From positions 32,001 to 96,000 of the forward strand of contig CAWDML010000007.1 of assembly GCA_963803435.1 (NCBI GenBank): 64,000 bases of DNA, read 5' to 3'. The notes under the pieces were generated by a model. It was not told where the DNA came from, did not search any database, and worked only from the letters and a program-made list of their open reading frames with translations. Positions 11,089 to 21,075 of this stretch are shown piece by piece. The stretch is from an uncultured delta proteobacterium (GTDB lineage Bacteria > Myxococcota > Kuafuiibacteriia > Kuafuiibacteriales > Kuafuiibacteriaceae). Positions within the stretch are counted from its first letter, which is position 1; each line of letters starts with the position of its first letter. The position numbers and the translations under genes are program-made.

Positions 11089-12558
11089 TCAGAGAATCTT
11101 CCTTCGCTTCGAGGAAGAGAGGATCCCCATCGCTTCGCGATACTTGGCGACGGTTCGTCGCGCGATGTTGATGTTTTCTTTCTTCAGGACGTCGACGATC
11201 GCTTGGTCGCTGTACGGTCTCTTCGTATCCTCCCCGTCGATAATCTGCTTGATTCGATGCTTGACGGAGGCGCTCGCGACATCGTCTCCGTCGGACCGAC
11301 CGATGCTGCTGTTGAAGAAGTACTTCAGCTCGAAGATTCCCTGCGGCGTGTGAACGTACTTGTTCGAAGTGACGCGCGAGATGGTCGATTCGTGCATCCC
11401 GATGTCTTCCGCAACGTCGCGCAGGATCAGGGGCTTCAGCTCTCCGATCCCGCGATCGAAGAACTCGCGCTGGAACTTCAAGATCGACTCCATCACCTTG
11501 TAGATCGTGCGCTGCCGCTGATGGATCGAACGGATCAACCACTGGGCTGATCGCAACTTGTCCTGCACGTAGCTCTTGGCCTCACCGTTCATCCCGTTGC
11601 TCAGCGCAGCCCGGTAGTACTTGGACACGCGGAGCATCGGGAGGCCGTCCTCGTTCTGCACGATGACGTAGTCGTCGCCGACCTTGTGCACGTAGATGTC
11701 GGGGGTGATGTAGATGGAGTCCTCGCCTCCGAAGTTGCGGGCCGGACGCGGGTCGAGCCGCTGGATGAGCTTCAGCGACCGCGCCACCTCCTCGATCGGG
11801 ACCTCCTCGGCCTTGGCGATCGCCTGGAAGTTCCGCTTCTCGAGCTCGCCCAGGTACTCCTCGATCATCTTCTCGGCCAGCTTGTTGACCGGCGGCTGGG
11901 CGCGCAGCTGGATGAGCAGGCACTCCTTCAGATCCCGGGCCGCCACTCCGATCGGGTCGAACTTCTGGACCAGCTGGAGGACGCGCTCCACGTGATCGAC
12001 GCTGACGCCCAGCCGGATCGCGATGTCCTCGCACGGCCGTTCGCCGGCCAGGAAGCCCTGGTCGTCGAGGCCGCCGATGATCTCCATGGCGATCGATTTG
12101 TCCGACTCCACCAGGTTGGAGAGGTTGAGCTGCCAGACCAGGTGATCGTAGAGAGTCTCGGGAGTGGAGAGGGTCTGCTCGAGGTTCGGAAGGTCGTCGG
12201 CTGACTGCTTGATGCTGGGGCCGCTGGGGGGCGCCGAATTGTAGGACTCGAGCCACTGCTGCCAATCGATGTCGTTGGCGTTGTCCTTGTCGCCGCTGAC
12301 CTCGCTGGGCCGGTCGAGCTCGACCTTCTCCTCGACCTTGGGGGCGTCGCCCATGATGGCGGCTTCGGCCTCCAGGTTTTCGACGTCTGGACGGAGCTCC
12401 TCCTCCAGGGCCGGATTCTGCTCGAGCTCGGCGTTGATGGCGTCGACCAGCTCCATCCGGGACAGCTGCAGCAAACGGATCGCCTGCTGCAGCTGCGGCG
12501 TCATCACCAGTGTTTGCTGGAGTTTGAGATTGAGACTTTGCCTAAGCTCTAGCTGCAT
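11089..12558 (-). CDS. rpoN: RNA polymerase sigma-54 factor
   Basis: MTPQLQQAIRLLQLS, DPIGVAARDLKECL, MHESTISRVT, RpoN box ARRTVAKYRE. Confidence 0.98.
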   Translation of the reverse strand: MQLELRQSLNLKLQQTLVMTPQLQQAIRLLQLSRMELVDAINAELEQNPALEEELRPDVENLEAEAAIMGDAPKVEEKVELDRPSEVSGDKDNANDIDWQQWLESYNSAPPSGPSIKQSADDLPNLEQTLSTPETLYDHLVWQLNLSNLVESDKSIAMEIIGGLDDQGFLAGERPCEDIAIRLGVSVDHVERVLQLVQKFDPIGVAARDLKECLLIQLRAQPPVNKLAEKMIEEYLGELEKRNFQAIAKAEEVPIEEVARSLKLIQRLDPRPARNFGGEDSIYITPDIYVHKVGDDYVIVQNEDGLPMLRVSKYYRAALSNGMNGEAKSYVQDKLRSAQWLIRSIHQRQRTIYKVMESILKFQREFFDRGIGELKPLILRDVAEDIGMHESTISRVTSNKYVHTPQGIFELKYFFNSSIGRSDGDDVASASVKHRIKQIIDGEDTKRPYSDQAIVDVLKKENINIARRTVAKYREAMGILSSSKRRKIL

Positions 12559-12614
12559 CGTCGGCTTGCATTGTATAGAGAACCGGCTGGCCTTTCAATT
12601 GACTGGGGAAAGTT

Positions 12615-12658
12615 TGGCCCGATCTCTGCATTCTGAAATTTTTGGCCCAAGACGTGCT
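12615..12658 (+). promoter_or_regulatory. Two tandem sigma54 -24/-12 motifs, antisense to rpoN
   Basis: TGGCCCGATCTCTGCA (12615-12630) and TGGCCCAAGACGTGCT (12643-12658), both GG-N10-GC. A weaker third, TGGCCTTTCAATTGAC, starts at 12588. Confidence 0.55.
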
Positions 12659-12692
12659 TGACTTCGAGTCAGAGTCGCGTTGCGCACCATGA

Positions 12693-13421
12693 TCAGAGCG
12701 AAAAGCGTTCACCGAGATACTTGCTTCGCGCCGCCTCGCTCTGTGCGATCTCCTCGCGCGTTCCGTGGAGCAGCACTCGCCCCGAGACCAAGATGTAAGC
12801 CCGCGAGCAGATGCCGAGGGTCTCACGAACGTTGTGGTCCGTCATCAGGACACCGATCCCCCGCTCGACCAGATGGGCGATCAGCGCCTGCAGCTCGCCG
12901 ACGGCGATCGGATCGATGCCGGCGAAGGGTTCGTCGAGCAGCACGATCTTGGGATCCATCGCCAAGCAGCGCGCGATCTCGACCCGGCGGCGCTCACCGC
13001 CGGAGAGGTGCTCTCCCAGCGAGCGCCGGACGGCCCCGAGCTCGAGCTCCTCGATCAACGCGTCGGCGCGCGCCTGTTGCTCGCTCCTGGAGAGCGTGCG
13101 AGAGAGCTCGAGGACCGCGCGCAGGTTGTCCTCCACCGTCAGCCTGCGGAACACTGACGCCTCCTGCGGCAAATACCCGAGACCGCGCGTGGCGCGCACG
13201 TGCATCGGCTGATCCGTGACGTCCTCACCGGCCAGGATCACGCGCCCGCCCTCGGGCCGGATCAGGCCGACCACCATGTTGAAGGACGTGGTCTTGCCCG
13301 CACCATTGGGGCCCAGCAGACCGACGACCTCGCGCGGGCTCACCTCGAAGGACACACGGTCGACCACCCGGCGAGCGCGATAGGACTTCACCAGCTCGAT
13401 GGCCTCCAGCCCGGCGCCCAT
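12693..13421 (-). CDS. lptB: LPS export ABC ATPase LptB
   Basis: GPNGAGKTT, YLPQEASVFRRLTV, LSGGERRRVEIAR, LLDEPFAGIDP, TDHNVRETL. Confidence 0.96.
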   Translation of the reverse strand: MGAGLEAIELVKSYRARRVVDRVSFEVSPREVVGLLGPNGAGKTTSFNMVVGLIRPEGGRVILAGEDVTDQPMHVRATRGLGYLPQEASVFRRLTVEDNLRAVLELSRTLSRSEQQARADALIEELELGAVRRSLGEHLSGGERRRVEIARCLAMDPKIVLLDEPFAGIDPIAVGELQALIAHLVERGIGVLMTDHNVRETLGICSRAYILVSGRVLLHGTREEIAQSEAARSKYLGERFSL

Positions 13422-13450
13422 GCCCCGACTCTATAGCAGAACGCGCGCTC

Positions 13451-13981
13451 GTGTCGGGACTTGACGTCACCGTCCCGAGCGCGTGCCATGGCGTCGTGCG
13501 CTGGCCTGGCTGGGTGCTGCTCGTCGCCTTCGGTGGGCCTCCGCAAGACCGCTTGCGCGCGGAGGGCGAGCCGGTCGAGCTCTCCGCCAAGGGCGGGATC
13601 TCAATCGACCTCAACCGGAACGTCGGGATCGCGCACCACGACGTCGTCATCCGGCGCAAGGACGTGACGGTCTGCTGCGACGAGGCCGAGGCGAGCTACT
13701 CCGGCGGCCACATCGAGCGCATCACCTGCCGCGGCCGGGTGGTGATCGTCCGCCCCGACGGCACACAGGCCACCGCCGGAGTCGCGGTCTACGAGGCGGC
13801 CGGCGACACCGTCACGCTCACCGGACAGCCTCGCGTGTTCGCGAAGGATGCGCACCTGAGCGGCGAGAAGATCGTCTACGACATCGGGAAGGATCGGCTG
13901 GAGGTCGCCGGGAAGAAGAGCAAGTTCTCCTTCGCGCCCACCGCCAAGGTACCCGCCCTCCGCAAGTGCCCCGCGCGTTGA
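13451..13981 (+). CDS. lptA: LptA/OstA family protein (true start possibly GTG 13496)
   Basis: Beta-jellyroll pattern VELSA...DVVIRR...GRVVI...AVYEAAGDTVTLTGQP...LSGEKIVYDI. Confidence 0.75.
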   Translation: MSGLDVTVPSACHGVVRWPGWVLLVAFGGPPQDRLRAEGEPVELSAKGGISIDLNRNVGIAHHDVVIRRKDVTVCCDEAEASYSGGHIERITCRGRVVIVRPDGTQATAGVAVYEAAGDTVTLTGQPRVFAKDAHLSGEKIVYDIGKDRLEVAGKKSKFSFAPTAKVPALRKCPAR

Positions 13982-14066
13982 GAACCGGTCCTAGACCTCC
14001 GATCGTTCGGTGTCTGTGTTTCGGCGTTAGGAGCGTGTCGAGATCAAGGGTGCTGTCGCCATCGGC

Positions 14067-15503
14067 TCAGGGCGTCGTGCGCCGCCCGACATCCGGATCG
14101 AGGAGCCAGTCGCCGACGGTGGGCCGGCCCAGCGACTCGACGTAGCGAGCCAGATCCCAGCGCTCGTCGTCGGAGATCTGCGTGAACGCGGGCATCGGCG
14201 ATCCGGACAGCCCGGTGGAGAGCGCGCGGAACACGACGCGAACGCCGGCGCCGCCCTTGTAGTATTGCCGCGTGAGATCGGTGGCGTGAACCGGCGAGCC
14301 CCAGTCGTCGAGGAGGTGGGTCTGCTCGGCGTCGGTCCCGTCGCCGTCCGTGCCGTGACACTGCGCGCACTTGAGCTTCGCATACAGCCCCCGGCCGCGC
14401 TCGATGGAGCCGAGCGAGGCCGGCGGCGGCTCGGGGATGGCGAGCCGTTCGATCGGGGGCGCCTCGAGCGCGCGCGGCGAGAGCGTGCTCACGTACTCGG
14501 CCAGCAGGCGTCGTTGCTCGGGCCTCAGGCGGCGCGCGAACGGCGGCATCTCCGAGCCGGGGATGCCGACGGAGATGGTGCGGACGAGATCGTCGAGCGT
14601 GGCCCGTCTTCCGGACGGCGTGGTTCGGAACTTGAACTCACCTGCCGTGAAGTCGCGCGGCTTCGAGGAGAGGTAGCGCGCGCTGGGTCCACGGCCGTCG
14701 CCCCGCACGCCGTGACAGTGAGCGCAGTGGGCGAGGTAGAGCGGGCGAGCCTCGTGCGCCAGCCGCTCGCGGAGGTCCTCACCCGTCGACGGCAGCGCCG
14801 CCACCTGGGGGATCGCTTCGGCGGGCGGCTCCGGGCGGCTCAGCTTCGGTCCGGGAGTGTCGTCGAGCATCACCTCGATCGCGACGGTCTTGCCCGGCTC
14901 GACGTCCACCTCGACGTCGCGCGTGCCGAGCCGCTCGTGCCACAGCGAAAGGCGTCGCGTCCCCGCCGGCAGGCCCTCGATGAGGAACGTGCCGTCCTCG
15001 GCCGTGACCGCGTGAAACCGATGCGGGACCACCACCGCATACGCATTCATCCACCAGTGCCCCGAGTCGCAGGCCATCCGATAGATCCCGAGGCGATCGA
15101 GTCGCCGCTTCACGGTGACGCCCCGGAGCGGCATTCCGAGGTTGAAGATCGTCTCCTTCCCGATCCTCGCGTGGACGTTGTGAATGATCGGATCCGAGTT
15201 GCCGATGACCAGATCCGCACCGAGCGTCACCGCCTGCACGTGCGGGACGAACGAGCAGTTCTCCTGGTCGAGACGTGCGGAGGCAGGCGCAGGATCGGAT
15301 TCGGCCGGCATGTCGGCGACCACCACGACATTGGCGAGGCGGTCGTCCTGCAACCGCAGATCGTCGGGGAGGATCGGCTCGGTCCGCCCGCACGTACGGG
15401 GGTCGATGTCGACGAGGATCGCCGGCGACGGTTCGAGCGCACCGCGGTAGCGGACGGTGCCGGAGACCGCGCCCGTCTGGGCGATGAGGAGCAGCGCGAT
15501 CAT
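14067..15503 (-). CDS. Exported cupredoxin-like/beta-sandwich domain fused to a diheme cytochrome c
   Basis: DQENCSFVPHV, HNVH, CDSGHWWM (possible Cu ligands); CAHCH and CAQCH, each followed by a distal MP.F motif. Confidence 0.8.
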   Translation of the reverse strand: MIALLLIAQTGAVSGTVRYRGALEPSPAILVDIDPRTCGRTEPILPDDLRLQDDRLANVVVVADMPAESDPAPASARLDQENCSFVPHVQAVTLGADLVIGNSDPIIHNVHARIGKETIFNLGMPLRGVTVKRRLDRLGIYRMACDSGHWWMNAYAVVVPHRFHAVTAEDGTFLIEGLPAGTRRLSLWHERLGTRDVEVDVEPGKTVAIEVMLDDTPGPKLSRPEPPAEAIPQVAALPSTGEDLRERLAHEARPLYLAHCAHCHGVRGDGRGPSARYLSSKPRDFTAGEFKFRTTPSGRRATLDDLVRTISVGIPGSEMPPFARRLRPEQRRLLAEYVSTLSPRALEAPPIERLAIPEPPPASLGSIERGRGLYAKLKCAQCHGTDGDGTDAEQTHLLDDWGSPVHATDLTRQYYKGGAGVRVVFRALSTGLSGSPMPAFTQISDDERWDLARYVESLGRPTVGDWLLDPDVGRRTTP

Positions 15504-16687
15504 AGATACACGTGGAGGAAGAGGACGAAGTCGGTGATCTCCGTATCGCCCAGCTGCTGTCGTACCATCGCCCGCACCTCGGAGAACGGGAGGGGAAAGA
15601 GCTCGAGCGCCAGGCTGAGCCGATGATCGAGACGACCCCCGGCATGAAGATCGGGATCCGCGACCTCCCAGCCGACCAGCGCCTCGAGCCCTTGGATGAG
15701 GAGCAGATCGAGCTCGAGGTAGCCCGCCGCGCCCTCGGCCCGGCCGAGCCCCTCGGCGTAATACCGATCGCGTACGAGGGCCGCATCCCCGAGCAGCGAG
15801 AGCCGGCCCAGGTTGAGAGTGAAAAAGCCGCCGGCCCGCAGCTCGTCGAGCCCCTGTCGGGCGAGATCCGGATCGATGCGCGGCGCGAACAGTGGATTCG
15901 CGCGGTCGAAGTCCTGGTTGTAGTAGACGGAGCCGCCCGCCGAGATCCTCATCGGGCCCAGCATCAGCCGCGTCTCGACGCGCGCCAGCGCCGCCTTGTC
16001 GAAGGCCCGGTGCGTCTGCTTGGGCAGGTCGAACACCTCGCCGAACGTTCCATTGAGGAGCGCGATGGCGGCGCCGAAGTACCGGCTGTCGAGCGTCACC
16101 TCCAACCCGGTGTCCTGCGCCGCCGGGCCGAACCCGAGCCGTTCGCGGGTGAACACCGTGTGGTTCGCGAAGTGGATGCCGAAGGCAGGATAGAAGCGGC
16201 CCGCACGCAAGAGGATATCGAAATCATCCAGCCCCGAGAAGGGACGCACCGCCGCCCACGCCTCGAATCCCGAGTTCACGCCGATGTCGAGCACCAGCGA
16301 CAGGTGCGGCCCGAGACGCGCCACGTGGTAGAGGTCGGCCTGCATCAGGAAGAAGGTGGTCGAGATCGATTGGTCCTTGGGCGCGACCAGCGTGTAGACG
16401 GCGCGGAGGTCGCCGCCAATCGCGAGCCACTCGGTGATGGCACCGTCGAACGGGACCACGGGTTCGTCGTCATCGCCCTCAATCCAATCGACGTCGCCAC
16501 CGCCCAGCGCCAGCCATTCACTCCCGAAGACGCGCCCGAAGTCGTTGCGGGGTCCGCCGCCGGTGGGGCTCTCGTGGCACATCAGACAGCGCATGCGGGT
16601 CCGGGCCGCGAAGCGCGGCAGCGACCAGGCGGTGCCGGGAAGACACAGCATCATCGCACACGCGACTGCACCTGTTGGGATCCGCAC
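15500..16687 (-). CDS. Putative outer-membrane beta-barrel with N-terminal CxxCH heme motif
   Basis: Signal peptide ending AWS; LPRFAAR...CLMCHESPTGGG; amphipathic strands; C-terminus FLHVYL. Confidence 0.7.
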   Translation of the reverse strand: MRIPTGAVACAMMLCLPGTAWSLPRFAARTRMRCLMCHESPTGGGPRNDFGRVFGSEWLALGGGDVDWIEGDDDEPVVPFDGAITEWLAIGGDLRAVYTLVAPKDQSISTTFFLMQADLYHVARLGPHLSLVLDIGVNSGFEAWAAVRPFSGLDDFDILLRAGRFYPAFGIHFANHTVFTRERLGFGPAAQDTGLEVTLDSRYFGAAIALLNGTFGEVFDLPKQTHRAFDKAALARVETRLMLGPMRISAGGSVYYNQDFDRANPLFAPRIDPDLARQGLDELRAGGFFTLNLGRLSLLGDAALVRDRYYAEGLGRAEGAAGYLELDLLLIQGLEALVGWEVADPDLHAGGRLDHRLSLALELFPLPFSEVRAMVRQQLGDTEITDFVLFLHVYL

Positions 16688-18052
16688 TCAGAAGCGCACC
16701 ATGACCCGATCCGAAACCGAGCGCCACCGCACGCGGCGGCGATGGCCGCGTCCGTCCTCGAACACCAATACGACCGGACGCTCCGCCGAGAGGATCGCCG
16801 TCATCGGGGTCCGGCCCAGGACGCCACCGCCCTCCAGCGAGACCCGAACGCCCGGCGGGCTCGACTCAATCGACACCTCGACGGGACCGGTCAGCACCGG
16901 ACCAGGCGGGCGCCGGTGGCGAGCCTTGCGCGTGCGCGGCGGCGGCGGCGATGGCGGCAGATCGGCCTCCGCCGCCGGGGACGGGCTCGAGGTCGCAGGG
17001 GGCAGCGCATCCGGGAACGCGGGGCGGAACGGCGCAGCGACCGCAATCGGTTCGGGCGGAGCGTCCCCCGCAATCCACCATCCGAGAGCGACACATGCGA
17101 CCGCCACCAGCGCGAGGGCGCGGGCGGCACGACCGAGAGTCCGCGGCCGCTCCGACTCGAGGAGGGCCACGACCTCATCGGCGCTCCTCGGCCGATCCTC
17201 GGGCTGCTTCGCGAGGAGCCTCATCACCAGGCGCTGCAGCTCGCCTCCCACCCTGAGGGGCGCGGGCGCGCGGCGCACGTGCGCGATGAGGATCTCCTGG
17301 ATGGTGTCACCCTCGAACGGGCGCTTCCCGGCCAGCGTCTCGTAGAGTGTCACGCCCAGCGAGTAGAGATCGGCGCTCGGCGCTGGCGGCGCCGCATCGA
17401 TCAGCTCGGGCGCCATGTAGTGCGGCGTTCCCACGACGACGCCGACCTGCGTGAGGCGCTTCTCCGGGTCGGCCTCCGCCAGCCCCACCAGGCCGAAGTC
17501 GAGGATCTTCGCCACCTCTCGGCCGTTCTCTCGAGCCAGCATGATGTTGCTCGGCTTCAGGTCGCGGTGCACGAACCCGAGCCGGTGGGCTGCGCTCAGC
17601 CCCCGCGCCACGTCGAGCGCGATCCGGCGGGTACGCTCGAGCTCCAGGGGTCCGCGTGCGATCTCCTGAGCGAGCGTCTTGCCCTCGATGAGCTCCATCG
17701 CCTGATAGATGAGCCCGTTCTCGCCCACGCCGAAGTCGACAATCCGCACCACGTTCGGATGGATGATCCGACTCATGGCGTGGGCTTCACGGTGAAAACG
17801 TTCGGCGACGATCACCCGGCACGCCATCTCACCGAGCAGGATCTTCACGGCCGCCGGCGCACCCAGCACCGTGTGTCGCGCCCGGTAGACGATGGCGACA
17901 CCGCCCATGCCGATCCGCCGCTCGATCCGATATCGACCTACCGTCCGACCGACCAGGACGTCGACGTCATCCGGGTTGAGCTCCGCCCCGTCGAGCCCGC
18001 AGTGATCCATCCCCGAGGCGTAGATGAGACCGCAGCACGGACAGCTTCGCAC
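16688..18052 (-). CDS. Membrane Ser/Thr protein kinase with N-terminal Cys ribbon and C-terminal PEGA-like domain
   Basis: IGMGGVAIVY, AAVK, HRDLKPSN, DFG, GTPHYMAPE, TM helix, SIESSPPGVRV. Confidence 0.92.
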   Translation of the reverse strand: MRSCPCCGLIYASGMDHCGLDGAELNPDDVDVLVGRTVGRYRIERRIGMGGVAIVYRARHTVLGAPAAVKILLGEMACRVIVAERFHREAHAMSRIIHPNVVRIVDFGVGENGLIYQAMELIEGKTLAQEIARGPLELERTRRIALDVARGLSAAHRLGFVHRDLKPSNIMLARENGREVAKILDFGLVGLAEADPEKRLTQVGVVVGTPHYMAPELIDAAPPAPSADLYSLGVTLYETLAGKRPFEGDTIQEILIAHVRRAPAPLRVGGELQRLVMRLLAKQPEDRPRSADEVVALLESERPRTLGRAARALALVAVACVALGWWIAGDAPPEPIAVAAPFRPAFPDALPPATSSPSPAAEADLPPSPPPPRTRKARHRRPPGPVLTGPVEVSIESSPPGVRVSLEGGGVLGRTPMTAILSAERPVVLVFEDGRGHRRRVRWRSVSDRVMVRF

Positions 18053-18058
18053 TCGCCG

Positions 18059-18937
18059 TCAGCTAACACCGCCTCGGTCGATCATCGCAAGACGGCAGGC
18101 GACCTCCATCGGAGGTGAGTGGATGGGCTTCGAGGTGTACGCGAGCCCCGACATGCCGCGGCGTCCTTTGATGATCCACTCCGAGCCGAGCGACCGCCGG
18201 ATCGGGCCGCGCCTGGTCTTGCCCGGCGGGCGTCGCACGACGGTGTCCGCCCACGACCAGCGGCGAAGCTCGTAGCGATAGGTCCAGCCGGAGCCCTCGC
18301 GAAAAGCCAGCAGGACCCGGTCCGCGTTCTTCGAGATCAATCGCGACATCCACGGACCCGGTAGCTCCGGCCCGCCGCGATCGTGCGACACCACCGCGAT
18401 GCGTCCGACCTCCTCGACGCTCGTCGCCCCCGAAGAGACATCGTCTCCCGCGCGGAGCAACGTCCGGTAGGCCTCTCCCCAGAGGTCCTCGCGCCGCTCG
18501 ATCGACGGCACCAGCTCGTCGAGCACTCTCAGCACGCGATCGTAGGAGGCCGCGTCTCCGCCGCCCGAGAGCGAAGCGATCGCAGACTCGAGCCAAAGCC
18601 CGCGATCGTCGGCCGGCCACTCGTCGAAGTCACCGCACTCGGCGGCCGCCACGATCACGGCCTCGTGCTCGAGTGCCAGCGCAGGTCGAAGCAGCGTCCA
18701 CACGGCGAGGACGCCGTCGGTGTCGAAGTGATTGTTGGTGACATGCTCGACGTCGTACGCGCCGCGCTCGCGAGCGAAGGCCAGCGCGATCTCCACCGAG
18801 GTGTCCCGCTTGAGATGGGCGGGCGTCCGGTTGCCCGACCAGTGGCTGAGATCGATCCGAGCTCCCGGGACCAGACCGTCACACGCGGCCGCGCCGCCGG
18901 GCGCCCGCTGACCCCAAGGCGCGAACGTGAACCGCAT
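18059..18937 (-). CDS. DHH-like phosphoesterase-fold protein (DUF6687-like)
   Basis: DLSHW.GN.TP..LK.DTS, TNNHFDTDG, GDF. Confidence 0.6.
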   Translation of the reverse strand: MRFTFAPWGQRAPGGAAACDGLVPGARIDLSHWSGNRTPAHLKRDTSVEIALAFARERGAYDVEHVTNNHFDTDGVLAVWTLLRPALALEHEAVIVAAAECGDFDEWPADDRGLWLESAIASLSGGGDAASYDRVLRVLDELVPSIERREDLWGEAYRTLLRAGDDVSSGATSVEEVGRIAVVSHDRGGPELPGPWMSRLISKNADRVLLAFREGSGWTYRYELRRWSWADTVVRRPPGKTRRGPIRRSLGSEWIIKGRRGMSGLAYTSKPIHSPPMEVACRLAMIDRGGVS

Positions 18938-19089
18938 GCGCTCAGCCTCGGGCAGAGAGCCGGTCGAGGCAACCGCATCCCACGTCGTGTGAGGCCCTAC
19001 ATGGCCGAGACGACTGCGCCAATGCTGCCGGTGCCCCGTGATCGCGAACGCGCTTGCAATGCAGCATGCGCCTCGTGTGTTCAGTGAGT

Positions 19090-19965
19090 GTGAAACCAGC
19101 CGCTACCCCGCTGCTCACTCTGCTCCTGGGCTCCGCACTGGCGGTGCCCGCGAGCGCGCAGGATCTGCCCCCCGACTTCGACGACGGCGCCGAGGTTCAA
19201 GGCGGAGAGTCGAAGTCCGTCGAGCTCGGTGAAGACGTCTACTCCGGCGACGACCAAGACGACAATGACGACGACAGCCCCGGCGACACGCCCACCGTCG
19301 ACGACTTCCACCGTGACCTCTCACCGTACGGCCAGTGGGTCTCGACGCCCGAGTACGGCACGGTCTGGGTCCCGCATAACCGCGCGCCCGGATGGCGCCC
19401 TTACAGCTACGGCGAGTGGACCTATACGAGGCATGGCTGGACCTTCGTCTCCTACGATCCATGGGGCGCGGTCCCGTTCCACTACGGACGGTGGGTCTTC
19501 CGCGCCTCGCTGGGCTGGTGCTGGATCCCGGGCTACGAGTGGTCGCCCGCGTGGGTGAGCTGGCGCTACGGAGGCGGCTACGTGGCCTGGGCGCCGCTCG
19601 GCCCCGCCGGCCTTCGCGCCAGCTACTACACCGCGCCCTCACTCTGGATCGCCGTCCAGGGCGATCACTTCCGCCGTCCGCTGATCCGCCGCAACTTCGT
19701 GCCCACGGCGCGGGTCGGGGTCGTCTTCCACAACACGCGCGAGTACCGGAGCGCGCGCCAGGGACCCGCGAGCGACTACGTCGCCCGAATCACGCGTCGC
19801 CCTGTCCAGCGAGTGCACGTGGTTCGCCGCGCCCGGCCCTATCGCCGCAGCGGTTCGGTGACCGTCACCCGCCGTCCCGACGGCGAGCGCGAGATCCGAG
19901 TGAAGAAGGGCAAGACCGTGCGCGTGGAGCGCCGGGGCGGACATCATCGATCGCGGAAGAGATAG
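19090..19965 (+). CDS. Secreted Trp/Gly-rich repeat protein (DUF6600-like)
   Basis: Signal peptide ending ASA; LSPYGQW, WRPYSYGEW, FHYGRW, WSPAWVSW, WAPLGP; basic tail. Confidence 0.75.
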   Translation: MKPAATPLLTLLLGSALAVPASAQDLPPDFDDGAEVQGGESKSVELGEDVYSGDDQDDNDDDSPGDTPTVDDFHRDLSPYGQWVSTPEYGTVWVPHNRAPGWRPYSYGEWTYTRHGWTFVSYDPWGAVPFHYGRWVFRASLGWCWIPGYEWSPAWVSWRYGGGYVAWAPLGPAGLRASYYTAPSLWIAVQGDHFRRPLIRRNFVPTARVGVVFHNTREYRSARQGPASDYVARITRRPVQRVHVVRRARPYRRSGSVTVTRRPDGEREIRVKKGKTVRVERRGGHHRSRKR

Positions 19966-21054
19966 TACAAGAGCACGGCCATCGCGATCCCGAGGAGCAC
20001 GGCCAGGGCGATCTTCACCACGCTGTACGGCCGCTCTCCCACGCCCTCGCCCGTCCGCGCATTCACCAGGAAGCGGTAGACCTTGTCTCCGTAGCGGAAG
20101 CTCGAGATCCACAGCGGCAGAAGGAAGTGCTTGAAGCGCACGTTCGCGTGCTGCACCCGCATGCTCAGGATCCGCTGGTCGTCGCCGCCGATGTCGCGGC
20201 AGATGGAGGCCCGGATCGAGGGCGCCATCCGCTCCTGCGCCACCGTGAAGCCCTGCTCCAGATCGACCGCGTACCTCTCCGCGATGAAACCGCTGAGGAA
20301 AGCCGCTGCATAGGGTGTCAGCGCCGCCAGATCCCATGGCTCGAGCTCGTCGAGCAGCTTGCGCGGGAGCGACCTGGTCGCGGGCACCAGCACGTCGTCG
20401 AACGGCACGTACACGGTGCCGCCGGTGAAGCTCCACTTGGTCTTCCGTACGCGCCGTGTCCGCCGGTTGCCCTGAGCGTCTCGATAGCTCTCGTCGACGT
20501 AGTAGTAGGTCCCGCGCTGTCCCGTATAGCCGGTCGTGGTCTGGGAGTCGTAGGTCCAGTACGGAAGATAGACGCCCGTCATCCCGTCGCGGCGGGCGCG
20601 GGCGCTGAGAATCGTTCGGCGCGAACCAGCGACTCTTCAGCCAGGTGACCATCACGTCGCGCGCGTGCTTCGCCTCGATGTGGAACGGAAGCAGACTCTC
20701 GGGCGCGAACAGCTCGTCGTCGAGCTGCTCCACCACCACCGGTGAGTCGCAGAACGGGCACCGGCTCGCCTGCCCCTCCACCACCGAGCGCGCGCCGCAT
20801 CCCTCGCAGCGGACCTCCACGCCGTGGCTCATCAGCTGCCGCGCCTGGATGGTGCGCGCGCTCCGTCGCGCCTCCTCGAAGGAGTACTCGACGATCGGCC
20901 GCTGCTCCTGCTCGAACTGTTGCTTCGTCCCGCAGTAGGGGCACTCGAGGTGCGTGGTTCCGGGAGCGAACTCGAGCTTGGCGCCGCAGCTCTGACAGGG
21001 AAACTCGACGTGCTGCTGATCGGTGGTCGCCTCGATGCCCTCGGTCATGGGCAC
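19944..21054 (-). CDS. Zn-ribbon membrane protein (often labelled 'primosomal protein N'-like'), frameshifted at ~20610
   Basis: CQSCG, CPYCG, CEGCG, CPFCD, WFAPND; continues in a second frame as GVYLPYWTYD...LLPLW...VNARTGE with a C-terminal TM helix. Confidence 0.8.
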
Positions 21055-21075
21055 GCAGTCTATCAGAAGCTCCCC

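Noticed and set aside
15512-18118. 868-aa plus-strand ORF, and similar long ORFs such as 23663..26029, 5310..6872 and 56887..58653
   Set aside because: Antisense to clearly recognisable genes; Arg/Ala-rich shadow ORFs typical of high-GC DNA
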